Below, in pieces: positions 34,502-35,880 of a stretch of DNA of 35,880 nucleotides. The position numbers and the translations under genes were made by a program. Source of the stretch: Nemertoderma westbladi (taxonomy: Eukaryota > Animalia > Xenacoelomorpha); NCBI GenBank assembly GCA_032718475.1, contig JAUCBJ010008657.1, positions 1 to 35,880 of the forward strand. The letters run 5' to 3'. The notes below the pieces were generated by a model. The model saw only the letters and a list, made by a program, of their open reading frames with translations. It was not told where the DNA came from and did no database searches. Numbering within the stretch: the stretch's first letter is position 1; each line of letters starts with the position of its first letter.

Positions 34502-35876
34502 AGACTATGCCTCACCGAGGCATAGACTATGACTCACTGAGGCATAGACTATGCCTCATTGAGGCACTGAGGCATAGACTATGCCTCACTGAGGCACTGA
34601 GGCATAGACTATGCCTCACTGAGGCATAGACTATGCCTCACTGAGGCATAGACTAGGCCTCACTGAGGCATAGACTAGGTCTCACTGAGGCACTGAGGCA
34701 TAGACTATGACTCACTGAGGCATAGACTATGACTCACTGAGGCATAGACTATGCCTCACTGAGGCATAGACTATGCCTCACTGCCTCACTGAGGCACTGA
34801 GGCATAGACTATGACTCACTGAGGCATAGACTATGCCTCACTGAGGCATAGACTAGGCCTCACTGAGGCATAGACTAGGCCTCACTGAGGCACTGAGGCA
34901 TAGACTATGCCTCACTGAGGCATAGACTATGCCTCACTGAGGCATAGACTATGCCTCACTGAGGCACTGAGGCATAGACTATGCCTCACTGGGGCACTGA
35001 GGCATAGACTATGACTCATTGAGGCATAGACTATGCCTCACTGGGGCATAGACTATGCCTCACTGAGGCATAGACTATGCCTCACTGAGGCACTGAGGCA
35101 TAGACTATGACTCACTGAGGCATAGACTATGCCTCACTGAGGCATAGACTATGCCTCACTGAGGCACTGAGGCATAGACTATGACTCACTGAGGCATAGA
35201 CTATGCCTCACTGAGGCATAGACTAGGCCTCACTGAGGCATAGACTATGCCTCACTGAGGCACTGAGGCATAGACTATGCCTCACTGGGGCACTGAGGCA
35301 TAGACTATGACTCATTGAGGCATAGACTATGCCTCACTGAGGCATAGACTAGGCCTCACTGAGGCATAGACTAGGCCTCACTGAGGCACTGAGGCATAGA
35401 CTATGACTCACTGAGGCATAGACTATGACTCACTGAGGCATAGACTATGCCTCACTGAGGCATAGACTATGCCTCACTGCCTCACTGAGGCACTGAGGCA
35501 TAGACTATGACTCACTGAGGCATAGACTATGCCTCACTGAGGCATAGACTATGCCTCACTGAGGCATTGAGGCATAGACTATGACTCACTGAGGCATAGT
35601 CTATGCCTCACTCAGTGCCTCACTGAGGCAGTGAGGGATAGACTCTGCCTCACTGAGGCATAGACTAGGCCTCACTGAGGCATAGACTATGCCTCACTGA
35701 GGCACTGAGGCATAGACTATGACTCACTGAGGCATAGACTATGCCTCACTGAGGCACTGAGGCATAGACTATGACTCATTGAGGCATAGACTATGCCTCA
35801 CTGAGGCACTGAGGCATAGACTATGCCTCAGTGAGGCATAGACTATGACTCACTGAGGCATAGTCTATGCCTCACT
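34502..35876. repeat. 22-bp palindromic satellite with 30-bp variants
   Basis: Unit actatgcctcactgaggcatag, with frequent extra 8-bp cactgagg. Confidence 0.97.
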
Positions 35877-35880
35877 TCAA

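Overview
A repeat-dense window from an animal (probably invertebrate) genome. Host coding sequence sits only at the ends: a terminal fibrinogen-domain exon (42-799) and two spliced exons of a spectrin-repeat protein (30736-32564). The ~30 kb between them holds several tandem arrays, two decayed non-LTR retrotransposons, a near-intact Ty3/Gypsy element and a BEL/Pao complex. The best observation concerns that complex. The orphan ORF at 11257 and the BEL pol at 21693-16975 are linked by two independent homologies: a ~0.9 kb inverted promoter/LTR-like repeat, and a gag-like remnant hidden in an alternative frame at the start of the pol ORF. They look like gag-side and pol-side pieces of an unusually large BEL family with a long leader and an extra 3' ORF. 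In the pol copy a deletion appears to have produced an ATG-initiated, gag-less pol with its catalytic motifs intact. Also notable: a fully self-complementary 22-bp satellite, and two adjacent satellites related in inverted orientation and joined by a hairpin. No CRISPR array or prokaryotic system is present. Boundaries, copy numbers and similarities were judged by eye and are approximate.
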